A stretch of DNA of 64,000 nt from an uncultured virus (IMG/VR IMGVR_UViG_3300020165_000015) (lineage: Duplodnaviria; Heunggongvirae; Uroviricota; Caudoviricetes), in IMG/VR virus record IMGVR_UViG_3300020165_000015; one strand, given 5' to 3'. A program made the position numbers and the translations under genes. Below, piece by piece: positions 1-9,199 of the stretch. Every line of letters starts with the position of its first letter. Within the stretch, counting starts at the first letter, position 1. The notes under the pieces were generated by a model that did not search any database, was not told where the DNA came from, and saw nothing but the letters and a program-made list of their open reading frames with translations.

Positions 1-460
1 CCTTGTAGGAAGATGAAGTTTTGAAATCTATTATAGATAGCATGTCATCAAATACACCAATGCAATCTACTCGTCCAGCCATTTCTAATTTGCGGGACAA
101 TAATGGTGCCTCTAATGCAATCGGTACTATTTCATCTAGTACTGGTTGGACACCTTTAAATCTTTTTTCTTCTATAATGTCTGAGAAGGTGACTTCCTTC
201 TCTTGTCTTAAGTAGTCTTCTACTACTTGGTGGAATGATGTACCACGTTTGGCTGCACCAGTTGAGATACGATTGGCTTCTTCTTCACCAACTCGTTCTC
301 TCCACAATCTAATATGGTCTCGGTTAAGTAATCCGACAACCGTTGTTACACTTGGATAGTGAAAGTCTTCATCACCATTTGTGTAAAATCTCTTACCATC
401 CTTTTGAACGGTATGTAAATCTAGGTGTTCTAATTCCCATAACTCTAATAAATTACCCAT
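1..460 (-). CDS. PD-(D/E)XK exonuclease of T4-like phages (3' end outside window)
   Basis: Manual translation MGNLLELWE...YPSVTTVV...RGTSFH...AGRVDCIG...IIDFKTS; not in ORF track because it runs off the window edge. Confidence 0.85.
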   Translation of the reverse strand, partial: MGNLLELWELEHLDLHTVQKDGKRFYTNGDEDFHYPSVTTVVGLLNRDHIRLWRERVGEEEANRISTGAAKRGTSFHQVVEDYLRQEKEVTFSDIIEEKRFKGVQPVLDEIVPIALEAPLLSRKLEMAGRVDCIGVFDDMLSIIDFKTSSSYK

Positions 461-469
461 AAGTCTATT

Positions 470-778
470 CTACTTCTTTCTTGATTGAATGTCTAGATGC
501 TTTTTAACTATTTCTTTAGTCTTAACTTCTTTGACTCCACGTTGTCTATGTCTGTCCATAGGTGAGCCTGGGTTTGCAGAAGAAATTTTATTGAGGACTT
601 CTTTGAAGCCATTATCAAGTTTCACCCTGTCACCATGACCACCAACAATGCTTGGCGTTCCAAGTATAACTTGTTTGAGGTGTGGGTTGTCTTCTTTGAA
701 TTGGTCGAGTTTGGTATAAGACATATTATGCTCTTCAATCTCACCAGTTTCATTATTTAAAAAATCATATAGAGGCAT
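470..778 (-). CDS. FmdB-like small protein
   Basis: Start trimmed to MPLYDFLNNETGEIEEH, typical FmdB-type N-terminus, Cys ligands absent. Confidence 0.65.
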   Translation of the reverse strand: MPLYDFLNNETGEIEEHNMSYTKLDQFKEDNPHLKQVILGTPSIVGGHGDRVKLDNGFKEVLNKISSANPGSPMDRHRQRGVKEVKTKEIVKKHLDIQSRKK

Positions 779-1301
779 ACATAAACTCGGGTGTTGGTCT
801 TGCAGTCCATACTGCAAAATCTTTTTTGTATTTGTTGTAGTATTTATGGTAACCATCTATAGATGATTTCATTTTGACATCATCGGGCATACATTGAGGT
901 GGTTCTCTCCATGCACAAAGGTCAATATTGTTTGGTAACTGGTTTAGTAAATCCAGTAGTTTTTCCTGCGTTAAATGGGCCTTGGCATAACGATGGGTGT
1001 ACTCCTTACATAAAGCTGCAAATAGGTCATATACAAATTGGTAGTGAACTGCATTCTCTCGAACCCATATATTGGATGGGTGATTGACATGTGAAGCCTT
1101 GTATAAGTTATCCATTTCACCTTCAAGTCTCCATCTTTGAATTCTACGTCCACTCGAATCGTCAATATAGTGTTTACCATCTAGCATTCTATGTGCAGTT
1201 GACAAGAGTTGGGCATATTCGATAATCATCTTAACTACATGTTTGTCACAATGTAGTTTAGCTGCAATTTCGGGTTCTTCGTGTAAGTAAAATATGTTCA
1301 T
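765..1301 (-). CDS. Pyrimidine dimer DNA glycosylase-like protein
   Basis: MNIFYL...HCDKHVVKMIIEYAQLLSTAH and HVNHPSNIW motifs. Confidence 0.8.
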   Translation of the reverse strand: MNIFYLHEEPEIAAKLHCDKHVVKMIIEYAQLLSTAHRMLDGKHYIDDSSGRRIQRWRLEGEMDNLYKASHVNHPSNIWVRENAVHYQFVYDLFAALCKEYTHRYAKAHLTQEKLLDLLNQLPNNIDLCAWREPPQCMPDDVKMKSSIDGYHKYYNKYKKDFAVWTARPTPEFMYASI

Positions 1302-1801
1302 TTGTAAAATATGTGATTGTTAATGACTACAGTCTCATTTAATGAGTCTGCCCAATAAGGATATACTTGGTCATTATGGTAATGTGTGGCACCTTCAGTA
1401 ATATCTGCCCACTCACCAAATGCCAAAGACTGTGCAACCTGTAATGACACCATCCAAGTGTGACTATCTTCGGGTACATCTGCTTTGCCATCACAAAACC
1501 ACGAAAATTGGCACATATTTCTAACTGGCATTGGATTTCCCTTCCAATTAGTCTTCCACTTTGCTTGATAAACGACTCCACAAATAGTATCGGGATAATC
1601 TCGGTCTGCAACGCGATTCATCACGACTTGTGCAACCGCTATTTTACCAGCAATCGGCTGATTACCTGCTTCGAAGTAAATATTTTTTGCCATACAGACA
1701 ATTTCACCATTTTCATCGAATGCATAAGCTTTCTGAGAGAGGGTGCCAGTCAAAAAACCTAAAATTGCACCAGCAACCAAATAATAATATCTCATTTTCA
1801 T
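1298..1801 (-). CDS. SleB-like cell wall hydrolase (Hydrolase_2)
   Basis: Signal peptide, NIYFEAGNQ, AVAQVVMNRV, CQFSW, GATHYH, NHIFY. Confidence 0.9.
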   Translation of the reverse strand: MKMRYYYLVAGAILGFLTGTLSQKAYAFDENGEIVCMAKNIYFEAGNQPIAGKIAVAQVVMNRVADRDYPDTICGVVYQAKWKTNWKGNPMPVRNMCQFSWFCDGKADVPEDSHTWMVSLQVAQSLAFGEWADITEGATHYHNDQVYPYWADSLNETVVINNHIFYK

Positions 1802-2004
1802 GATTTATACTCCACCCAAGCCTTAAAAACGATTTCTGCCTGTTCTCTAGAAAAACCGAAGTTTTCCCTTAACCATCTTGGGGCTTCAAACATGTTAATT
1901 TTACCGCTTTCCTGTAATAGGTCTAATTCGGGAAACCATTCTGCTGGTTCGAACGGCAAATCTGCCGATGTTAGTTGATTTTGGTTCAAATGAAAATTAC
2001 TCAT
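1798..2004 (-). CDS. hypothetical protein
   Basis: ORF with 4-nt overlaps to both neighbours; LQESGKINMF motif seen in small phage proteins. Confidence 0.7.
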   Translation of the reverse strand: MSNFHLNQNQLTSADLPFEPAEWFPELDLLQESGKINMFEAPRWLRENFGFSREQAEIVFKAWVEYKS

Positions 2005-2246
2005 AAGTTTTCTATCTCCTTCAGATGGAACTCAACGTCCTCGTCTGATAAATGTCCTAAGACATCACTAGTTACACTAGTATTATAACACAACTCACCG
2101 TTTTTGAGAACCGCCATTTCCCATAAACCTTGTTTACCGCCATATGACATGTCATGCTTGACTACACTGGCACCGTAACCGTTAGGAAAGAGGTGTACAA
2201 TCTGTACACCATTCAATTCTAACATTGTGTTCTCTTCAACAATCAT
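2001..2246 (-). CDS. conserved phage hypothetical protein
   Basis: FPNGYGASVV...SYGGKQGLWEMAVL motif common in phages. Confidence 0.75.
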   Translation of the reverse strand: MIVEENTMLELNGVQIVHLFPNGYGASVVKHDMSYGGKQGLWEMAVLKNGELCYNTSVTSDVLGHLSDEDVEFHLKEIENL

Positions 2247-2410
2247 GTGTTGTCGCCATCTCTATATTTGACATCATTCTTGTCAAACTGTCTACGTGTT
2301 TCCCATGGAAACGGTTTGTTGATATGCAACCCTAAAAAGGTTAACACCATCATAAAGGTGCATAGAACGAAACCACCTATCCATGAAATTGTAACTACTT
2401 CAGCTTCCAT
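2243..2410 (-). CDS. small membrane protein
   Basis: One hydrophobic helix; start trimmed to MEAEVV. Confidence 0.6.
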   Translation of the reverse strand: MEAEVVTISWIGGFVLCTFMMVLTFLGLHINKPFPWETRRQFDKNDVKYRDGDNT

Positions 2411-2411
2411 A

Positions 2412-2618
2412 TTAAAACCCACTCGTTGTATGGGCATACTCATCGGGACAATTCAATACCCCACATGGACACCCTGTGAAATCCAATTCCGTTTGGAATG
2501 GATTCATGTCAGCAGCGTTGGTAGTACCATACGTTGCTAGATTCATGACATCGTCGGCTGTCAATTTACCTTCTGTACACGATGCAATTAGTTTTGCACT
2601 TTCGTAATCTAAACTCAT
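2412..2618 (-). CDS. hypothetical protein with CPCG..C..H tail
   Basis: ORF with GGAG Shine-Dalgarno. Confidence 0.65.
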   Translation of the reverse strand: MSLDYESAKLIASCTEGKLTADDVMNLATYGTTNAADMNPFQTELDFTGCPCGVLNCPDEYAHTTSGF

Positions 2619-2627
2619 ATCATTCTC

Positions 2628-2987
2628 CTAAGAATTTGCATTGTAGTCGGGTTTAATATTACCCTCTACAATCATTTGTGCGAGTTCCGTAGCATTGTAG
2701 GATTTACCACCCACGTGCCATGAATACTCATTAAGAGGGACGTGTCCATCCTTCCAGTTATAGATTGTAACCGCTTCACGGTCATAATCATACTCTTCCA
2801 TACCTTCTTCTTCAAAGTACTTCACAGTTAGACACCATTCACAATTAACTTTTGCATATGGGTCTGCATCCATGTAAGTCGGTTTTCCTAAAAGACTTAC
2901 AAGGGTATCATAGGTGGTTGTTAAGTATCCTTTGAGAGAGGTGCCACCAACACCTGTATCATCTACTTCATATTCTTTTATAATCAT
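2628..2987 (-). CDS. conserved phage hypothetical protein
   Basis: GTSLKGY...TIYNWK...WHVGG motif pattern. Confidence 0.75.
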   Translation of the reverse strand: MIIKEYEVDDTGVGGTSLKGYLTTTYDTLVSLLGKPTYMDADPYAKVNCEWCLTVKYFEEEGMEEYDYDREAVTIYNWKDGHVPLNEYSWHVGGKSYNATELAQMIVEGNIKPDYNANS

Positions 2988-3517
2988 TACGCTACCTCGT
3001 TCTTTAAATTATTTTCTAACCACTCACCGAGAGCTTTCTCACTCTCAAGAGTAGTACCATCTACCATGATGTATTCAACATGGTACGTAGCCACATCTGT
3101 TGTGCATGTAGCATCTGCATCATAAGTCCAAACTTGGACTCTTGATAAAATCTCTTTTTTCATGTAACCATAGTCACCGTTCTCAGTGACCTTCTTGCAA
3201 GTCCAATTACCTTCGGCATTCTTCTCAAGAATGTAAGGTGACTCCCACTTCTCAATGTGGTTGTACACATCCTTCTCATCAATGAGTTCCCAATTGAGGA
3301 CGTATGCCTCAGCCATCTCATTCTTCTGCGTGTGAAGGAATGCAGTCTCGTCTACAAGACCTTGTAAATATTCCGTGTTAAGGAAATCGATATCTGTAAT
3401 CAGATAGGACGAACCACCCTTAAACTTCCAGTACGGTTCAGAGACACCATGCACATAACCCTCGTCATGAGCTGCATAGTTTTCTTTGTACTGGGTTTGG
3501 ATGATTAGATTTAACAT
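2987..3517 (-). CDS. hypothetical protein
   Basis: TQYKENY...YWKFKGG motif; follows an early promoter. Confidence 0.7.
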   Translation of the reverse strand: MLNLIIQTQYKENYAAHDEGYVHGVSEPYWKFKGGSSYLITDIDFLNTEYLQGLVDETAFLHTQKNEMAEAYVLNWELIDEKDVYNHIEKWESPYILEKNAEGNWTCKKVTENGDYGYMKKEILSRVQVWTYDADATCTTDVATYHVEYIMVDGTTLESEKALGEWLENNLKNEVA

Positions 3518-3549
3518 ATTTACTTTCCTATTTAATTTCCTATACTGTT

Positions 3550-3579
3550 AGTATATCAAAAAGCCAGAGCCATTGTCAA
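3550..3579 (-). promoter_or_regulatory. sigma70-type early promoter
   Basis: TTGACA-N18-TATACT with TG extension. Confidence 0.75.
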
Positions 3580-3828
3580 GGCATTCTTGAATAGAAACAG
3601 CAGTCCTACTGCATTGAGTAATATCAATGCTCTATCGTTCCATAAGAATGACACCCATAACCAAAGTGCAATTCCAATCATGGAAAGACCTAAGTCATAA
3701 TGTGCCATACCATCGATACCTCGAAGGGACATCGCTGCTAGAACAAAAACAGATGCAACCCACTTAACATACCAATCCGTGGTATGCTTTGGAGTTACAC
3801 TGTCCTTAAGTTGTTTTGAATTTTTCAT
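3556..3828 (-). CDS. small three-helix membrane protein
   Basis: DWYVKWVAS...LWNDRALILLN hydrophobic pattern. Confidence 0.7.
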   Translation of the reverse strand: MKNSKQLKDSVTPKHTTDWYVKWVASVFVLAAMSLRGIDGMAHYDLGLSMIGIALWLWVSFLWNDRALILLNAVGLLFLFKNALTMALAF

Positions 3829-4235
3829 ATTAAGTAATGAGGCCCATGTTGGTTACTTCTAGATACTGGGTATCCACCTTCCATAAAGAGGTTACCTCTT
3901 GCTTTGTTCAATGCTGGAGTTTGCCATCCAGCAGCTGCAAGAACGTCACCCACTTTGAACGTGACTTCCTTTTCAACGATACCATTCACTCTTTCCATTT
4001 TTCTGACTTTAGTGAATTCTTTCTTGTTGACAAATCCCCAAACAGAATCTTGATTACCACTGTTGCAGATAATCTTGATATACTTCCTACCCGCTGAATT
4101 AACTCTCCAGTTGTAGTAGTCTAATGATGGGAATGCTTCAAGATGTACAGCATTTAATTGCTCACAAAGTGTCTCACACAACTCTAAGAGTTCTTGTTCT
4201 TGATTCACTTCGTTGACTAATTCTGATAATTTCAT
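3825..4235 (-). CDS. conserved phage hypothetical protein
   Basis: GRKYIKI...SVWGFV...GDVLAAAGWQTPALNKARGN motif. Confidence 0.75.
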   Translation of the reverse strand: MKLSELVNEVNQEQELLELCETLCEQLNAVHLEAFPSLDYYNWRVNSAGRKYIKIICNSGNQDSVWGFVNKKEFTKVRKMERVNGIVEKEVTFKVGDVLAAAGWQTPALNKARGNLFMEGGYPVSRSNQHGPHYLI

Positions 4236-4486
4236 TACGCTGCCTCCAACATTGATAAAGGAACTGAATATCTACCTTTTGGTAGTTCTACAGTTGCCCT
4301 TGAAATCTTGACTTTGATTAAAGTCCCCAAAGTCCTTTTAGTCTTTTGGACTACATAGACTTTTGCACCTTCGACCAAAGAGGTCTTGGCATTCAGTTTC
4401 TTCACTTCATTACAAAGTGCGATAACCTCATTCAACTCTGCCATAGAGGTCAATGAAGTGATTTTAGTTTTTAATGATTGGTTCAT
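4235..4486 (-). CDS. hypothetical protein (SH3-like C-terminus)
   Basis: AAGGAG before MNQSLK. Confidence 0.65.
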   Translation of the reverse strand: MNQSLKTKITSLTSMAELNEVIALCNEVKKLNAKTSLVEGAKVYVVQKTKRTLGTLIKVKISRATVELPKGRYSVPLSMLEAA

Positions 4487-4516
4487 AGTGTCTCCTTGAT
4501 TTTTCATTATATACAT

Positions 4517-4546
4517 AGTATACCAAAAAGCTTAGCCTGCTGTCAA
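4517..4546 (-). promoter_or_regulatory. sigma70-type early promoter
   Basis: TTGACA-N18-TATACT. Confidence 0.75.
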
Positions 4547-4819
4547 GGCCTCGGTAGCACGTTCTTTGACGTATGTAAGTACTGCTTTCTTTTCAAGGGG
4601 GGTTAGGTCGTCCACTGAATTAAACCTAGAATAGGTCAATCCTACAGTGGTCATTTTGTTGCCTGCAGTGACCGCTGCATTCCATAGTTTTAATGACTCT
4701 TCATCATTGCCTGCATGTAGTTCTCCTACTTCACACATGGTTATGATTTCTCGACCCATCTTAACAATGGCCATTTGGGATTCGGGGGACGTGTATATAC
4801 TATCACGATGCTTTCTCAT
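4532..4819 (-). CDS. hypothetical protein
   Basis: AAGGAG SD; upstream promoter TAGACA-N18-TATACT at 4856-4885. Confidence 0.7.
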   Translation of the reverse strand: MRKHRDSIYTSPESQMAIVKMGREIITMCEVGELHAGNDEESLKLWNAAVTAGNKMTTVGLTYSRFNSVDDLTPLEKKAVLTYVKERATEALTAG

Positions 4820-4891
4820 GTTGTAACTCCTTAAGTTATTTCTTTATTGGAGTACAGTATATCAAAAAGCGGGGGGTGCTGTCTAGGCCTT

Positions 4892-5137
4892 TTATAGACT
4901 CTTTTGTATTTCGTCCAGTTCTTTAAGTTTCTTGTTTATGATGTCTACTCTATTGGGCCAATAGATATAGTCCTTGTCTGAATCCTTTGCAAGATTCTCA
5001 AGTAGGGGTCTCACAAAATTATCAAGTTTGTTGATTACATCCGTTGCAGTTGTAGTCTTCTCGATAATCTTTGTATCAATGGCTGCAAGTTCATCTGCAT
5101 CCATCGCTGTAAATCCGAAGTCGTTGTATTCTGTCAT
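4892..5137 (-). CDS. conserved T4-like hypothetical protein
   Basis: DFGFTA...PLLENL...KDYIYWPNR motif. Confidence 0.75.
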   Translation of the reverse strand: MTEYNDFGFTAMDADELAAIDTKIIEKTTTATDVINKLDNFVRPLLENLAKDSDKDYIYWPNRVDIINKKLKELDEIQKSL

Positions 5138-5142
5138 AGTAT

Positions 5143-5150
5143 TATTTATA
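5143..5150 (-). promoter_or_regulatory. T4-type late promoter
   Basis: TATAAATA 5 nt before the ATG at 5137. Confidence 0.7.
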
Positions 5151-5151
5151 A

Positions 5152-5739
5152 CTAATCAGTGTGTAAATGATAGTAAACATCCTTTAAAGTTTCCTTGTCA
5201 CTCTGCACATCTTGGTAGTTTGCATGTGCTTGTAATGTCACGTCTGCAATCTCATAGTCGGGATAGGACGTAATTAGCTTGTAAATAAACCCAGCAACAT
5301 CTTGGTGTTTAACACTAGGTAGGTTCTCATCGTTGAGAAGTCCTAGGTTTAGATTAGTCATTTTGTATCTCTTCTTAGAGTTGTACTGATAATTGTTTGC
5401 AAGGTGATTGAGTTGTGCTTTCTCTGATGCGTACATGTAACCTTTAGATATGTTTGGTTGAGCTGCACGGCTAGAGATATTAATAATAGTCTTAGTCTTC
5501 TCTAACTCCCATGCCTCATGAGCAATATCTAGAATCTTAGCTTGGTCTTGGTGTGCAAGATTGATTAAAACATCCATAGGTTTATGACCTCTGAATCCCC
5601 AAAAGTTTACTCCATTCATTGTGATATCATCACATCTGACTGGTGTGACTTCGATGGTGTTTCCTCTATACGGTGTTGCTTCTAATGTTCTTTTAATTAC
5701 AGCTGCAAGACCACTACTTCCTGTTATTACTACTCTCAT
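5152..5739 (-). CDS. short-chain dehydrogenase/reductase-like protein
   Basis: VVITGSSGLA Rossmann start, INISS, YASEK (YxxxK). Confidence 0.75.
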   Translation of the reverse strand: MRVVITGSSGLAAVIKRTLEATPYRGNTIEVTPVRCDDITMNGVNFWGFRGHKPMDVLINLAHQDQAKILDIAHEAWELEKTKTIINISSRAAQPNISKGYMYASEKAQLNHLANNYQYNSKKRYKMTNLNLGLLNDENLPSVKHQDVAGFIYKLITSYPDYEIADVTLQAHANYQDVQSDKETLKDVYYHLHTD

Positions 5740-6646
5740 AATATTCACTCACTATGTCGAAAGATTGCTTACCGAACAAGCTACCATCGACACTGCACTT
5801 GTTACATGGGGACATACTTCTGTCACCCTTCATTAATTTCTTTCTAATTTTATTCATAGGTTTAGAGAACCATACATTATGTAGGGTTTCTGATAACAAG
5901 TTGCCTACAACATGCTCTCTACCCCAATCGTTGGAACAGAATAAAACATCACCATTCCAATCAACAAACATTTTATAAAAAGGATAATGACACGGTTTAC
6001 CTTGTAGCGCTTCAATTGTACTCTCCTCAATTCCTACCCAGTCCATAACTCCACTACGATTGTTTAATATCAATCCATGTGTTTCGAAATCACCCCAGTG
6101 CATTCTGTATTTGTATTTCTCTTCGGGGATGGTTTTCATTATCTCATCAAAGTGTTCTATCTGTTCGACTCCGTCATAGAGATTGATGTAGAGTAAATCT
6201 AATCCACTGAACTCAAATAACTCTTCTGCATATTCTCTAGTGAGTTTATCTCCGTTAGTGTTACACTCTAGTGTTGCATAAGGAACTGCTGTCCTAAAGG
6301 TGTGAACGATTTCTCTGAACCTTGGGTTAAGTAAATTCTCTCCGTATCCACTTAAGGATATCTTACCTTTAAATCCATTCTTATGTAATTCATCTCCAAT
6401 GGTCTTTGCAGCCTTGGGTGTCATATGTAAATTTCTATTTGGAAACACTTCGGGATTTGCACGTGGACAAAATGAACATGTCCTATTGCATAACTCTGTG
6501 GTGTTAACTTCGACTGTAAGAATAGAACTGAGTTCGTTTAATTGGTCTTGGTCTTGTCGACCCCAATGTTTCTTTTCCTGTTCTCTACGGTGTTCTAAAA
6601 AATCGTACTGGTCAACAGCCATTATTGGGATGTTACGTTTCGACAC
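5714..6646 (-). CDS. radical SAM protein with SPASM/twitch domain
   Basis: CNRTCSFC (CxxxCxxC), GENLL, TNG, C-terminal CHYP...GDVLFC...CNKC; start uncertain (6622-6724). Confidence 0.9.
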   Translation of the reverse strand: MSKRNIPIMAVDQYDFLEHRREQEKKHWGRQDQDQLNELSSILTVEVNTTELCNRTCSFCPRANPEVFPNRNLHMTPKAAKTIGDELHKNGFKGKISLSGYGENLLNPRFREIVHTFRTAVPYATLECNTNGDKLTREYAEELFEFSGLDLLYINLYDGVEQIEHFDEIMKTIPEEKYKYRMHWGDFETHGLILNNRSGVMDWVGIEESTIEALQGKPCHYPFYKMFVDWNGDVLFCSNDWGREHVVGNLLSETLHNVWFSKPMNKIRKKLMKGDRSMSPCNKCSVDGSLFGKQSFDIVSEYYESSNNRK

Positions 6647-7133
6647 GTCTACACCTAATATGTCTTTCTTCTCCATCCAAAACCTGTTCTTGGTAAGAAA
6701 ACTCGATTGTGTCGCCAACGTCAATTACTCCTTCAGTAAAATACTTGGGTATGATAAAAAACTGTGCTGACTTCTCTTTTGAAATCTTACAGCTCTTTGG
6801 GTCACCATGTCTGTTGTATAGATACGGTCTAATGTGTAATCCATCTTGGTCTCTGTCGTGTGCTGAGAAAATTAACTCATTACCATCAAGGTAAAGATTT
6901 ACATAGGGGGTGTCGTATTGGATTCCTAAACGGATTGTATATTCAAGGGGGAAGTTTAAACGTAGAACGTCATCTTCAATATCTTGAAAACGTTCTACGT
7001 ATCTGTGACTTACTTTGTCTAATTCAAGGGGTAGTACTTCTGATTCCTTAGAAGTATCCACCGTCTCGCACAGTATCATTGTCATTATCACTTCCTTCAT
7101 CACTGTCGACTGCTGATACGAATGACCCATCAT
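6633..7133 (-). CDS. hypothetical protein
   Basis: Fills the gap between neighbours; true start may be GTG at 7061. Confidence 0.6.
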   Translation of the reverse strand: MMGHSYQQSTVMKEVIMTMILCETVDTSKESEVLPLELDKVSHRYVERFQDIEDDVLRLNFPLEYTIRLGIQYDTPYVNLYLDGNELIFSAHDRDQDGLHIRPYLYNRHGDPKSCKISKEKSAQFFIIPKYFTEGVIDVGDTIEFSYQEQVLDGEERHIRCRRVET

Positions 7134-8571
7134 CCTGTAGTGATTGTATTAATTCATCTGTTTGGTCTTGGAAGGACTCAATCATTTGTGCTTTAGTTTG
7201 AGACTTATCAAGTGTAAAGTTCAACTCATCTGCAGCTGTAACAATACCTTTCTTAGTCATTGCTTCAAGTTCTGCACTTGATGGGATTGTAATCTCATCG
7301 TATGGCTCTTCTTCGAATGATTCGTTGAATTGTTTTTCATCGATATCATCTTGAACCTTTTGGTCAATCTTTGCTTGTGCAGCTGCAAGTAATTCCTCTT
7401 CACTATCATATGAAGGGATTGCTTTTTCAGCTGGTGCTTTTACTGAGTCACCAGTCTGTAGAGTTTCTGCTCTTGGTTTAAAGTTACCACCAGTGATTAC
7501 TGGTTTTGCAAATTCAGATTCAGTTCTTGTATCTTCTTCCTGTACTGAGAACTCTGAACCTAATGGTTCTACTTCGTCTGATACTTCAAACCCTTGGTCT
7601 TCTTCGTACTCATCGAATGCTTGTTTAGTTTCCGCTACCTTCTCATTGAAAGCTTCATCGGTTGAGATTGCTTCATCCCACTCTTCGGGTGTTGCATTAT
7701 CGATTGATTGATAGGACTCATCTGTAATCTCTTCTACGAATTCATCTGCCTGAGCAACTTCTTCTACTCTTGCAACTTCATCAAAGAAAGACTCGGTTGT
7801 ATTCCCACTTGGTTGATATCTTGTATCAGACTGTGGTGTATTTAAAGGAACGAAAGGTTCGACTTCTGTCGGGTCAACGAATGATGTTTCATTTACTTCT
7901 ACGTCTGTTCCAACAACAACTGTATCTTCTGTAGCAGGATTCATTGCACGTGCAAGACCCATGTTACCTGTTGCCTTACTAGGTTTTGCTAAAGGGGTTT
8001 GTTGTACAGCGGGTGGTTGTGGAATTTCGTATCCATGTTTCTTGGCAAGTACTGCTACTTCCTCAGCAGACATTTCAACAAAACCATCTTTGTTTAATGT
8101 ACCTTGTTTAACACCGATAACTCCATCACCGTTTAAGTCAACACCAATTCCATGTGATGCAAGAACAGCTTCAAGTTGTGCAATCTTATTGTTTGCTTCT
8201 TTCCTTGCAACTCTTTCGTCTGCAAGTCTTTGCTGTTGTTCTTGTTGTGATTTTTCGAATGCCTCTGCTTTTGCAAGTTGGTCTGCAGCGATAAGTTCTT
8301 GAGACCTACGTTGTGCATTCTCGACAATCTGATTGTACTCTGCTAATCCAGCAGCGTACTCTTCAGTCACAGTATGCAATGGTACGAGTTCACCTTGGGT
8401 GACCTTTCCACTTTGCAAATGCGATTGGATTAGTGCATTGATAACACTAGCACTATTAACGGTAAACCCTACTTTGTAGTCAGCAATCCTTTGTTGGATT
8501 CTTTCTAACTCTGTTGGTTCGGGTTTTTCTTGTGCAAACTGTGAGACAGTTTGGGGTTCATTTGTTGCCAT
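7048..8571 (-). CDS. large acidic protein with coiled coil and Rho-N/HeH-like C-terminal motif
   Basis: 507 aa, D/E-rich, DLNGDG loop, LEAMTKKGIVTAADEL...TKAQMI. Confidence 0.7.
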   Translation of the reverse strand: MATNEPQTVSQFAQEKPEPTELERIQQRIADYKVGFTVNSASVINALIQSHLQSGKVTQGELVPLHTVTEEYAAGLAEYNQIVENAQRRSQELIAADQLAKAEAFEKSQQEQQQRLADERVARKEANNKIAQLEAVLASHGIGVDLNGDGVIGVKQGTLNKDGFVEMSAEEVAVLAKKHGYEIPQPPAVQQTPLAKPSKATGNMGLARAMNPATEDTVVVGTDVEVNETSFVDPTEVEPFVPLNTPQSDTRYQPSGNTTESFFDEVARVEEVAQADEFVEEITDESYQSIDNATPEEWDEAISTDEAFNEKVAETKQAFDEYEEDQGFEVSDEVEPLGSEFSVQEEDTRTESEFAKPVITGGNFKPRAETLQTGDSVKAPAEKAIPSYDSEEELLAAAQAKIDQKVQDDIDEKQFNESFEEEPYDEITIPSSAELEAMTKKGIVTAADELNFTLDKSQTKAQMIESFQDQTDELIQSLQDDGSFVSAVDSDEGSDNDNDTVRDGGYF

Positions 8572-8583
8572 AATTTATTTATT

Positions 8584-8683
8584 CTCCATGGAGCAGAACT
8601 AGACTAGAAAGTTGTTTACTGAAGTTAAATTGTATCTAACTTCCCTTATAATATGTATAGTCTCGGTCTACTCTTATATTTAG
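8584..8683 (-). promoter_or_regulatory. structured 5' leader under a late promoter variant
   Basis: CTAAATA followed by three nested stems, G-U pairs only valid on minus strand. Confidence 0.5.
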
Positions 8684-9199
8684 TTAACAATTAATCTCGG
8701 GAAAGGCATCTTTCACGATTTTTGAAGTGATGTTAGGGAATGCCCAAACACCATCTTTGACTAGGTCAAGTAGTTCAGCTTCCTCTTTAGGAATACCTTC
8801 TAGAAGACCAATCCACATTGCTTCTCTCTTAGTTGCAGAGATTTGTTCCGTAACAAAATACTGGAACAACCTATGTTCAAATCTAAGTGATGTTTCTGTT
8901 AAATCAGAGCTAGGTGCTGAGTTCTCTCTGTAAGGTGTTTTACCTTCGGGTAAGACGGATGAAATATTCTCATCGAATTGCCACTGCAATACTTTCTTAA
9001 CTCCACCATTAGTTTCATTGAATACTTTCAATCCGTTAACTGCTTGCTCTGGATTACTCTCAGCAACAATATTTGCTTGACATAATATTTCATATACATC
9101 TGCATTTTTCTGAAGTGTTGCTCTTTCGGTAATCAACTTCATTTTAGGTTTATTGGGAGCTCCTTTAGGTCGCCCTCTTCCTCTTTTTTTCTCGGTCAT
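8684..9199 (-). CDS. conserved T4-like protein with AT-hook-like N-terminus
   Basis: RGRGRPKG; LPEGKTPY...KREAMWIGLLEGI...EAELL motif. Confidence 0.75.
   Translation of the reverse strand: MTEKKRGRGRPKGAPNKPKMKLITERATLQKNADVYEILCQANIVAESNPEQAVNGLKVFNETNGGVKKVLQWQFDENISSVLPEGKTPYRENSAPSSDLTETSLRFEHRLFQYFVTEQISATKREAMWIGLLEGIPKEEAELLDLVKDGVWAFPNITSKIVKDAFPEINC

Noticed and set aside
1..460. Cas4 indicating a CRISPR-related locus
   Set aside because: It fits the common T4-like PD-(D/E)XK exonuclease; no cas genes or array nearby.
3825..4235. MKLSELVNE as a capsid-targeting sequence
   Set aside because: Gene lies in an early-promoter cassette and the match is weak.
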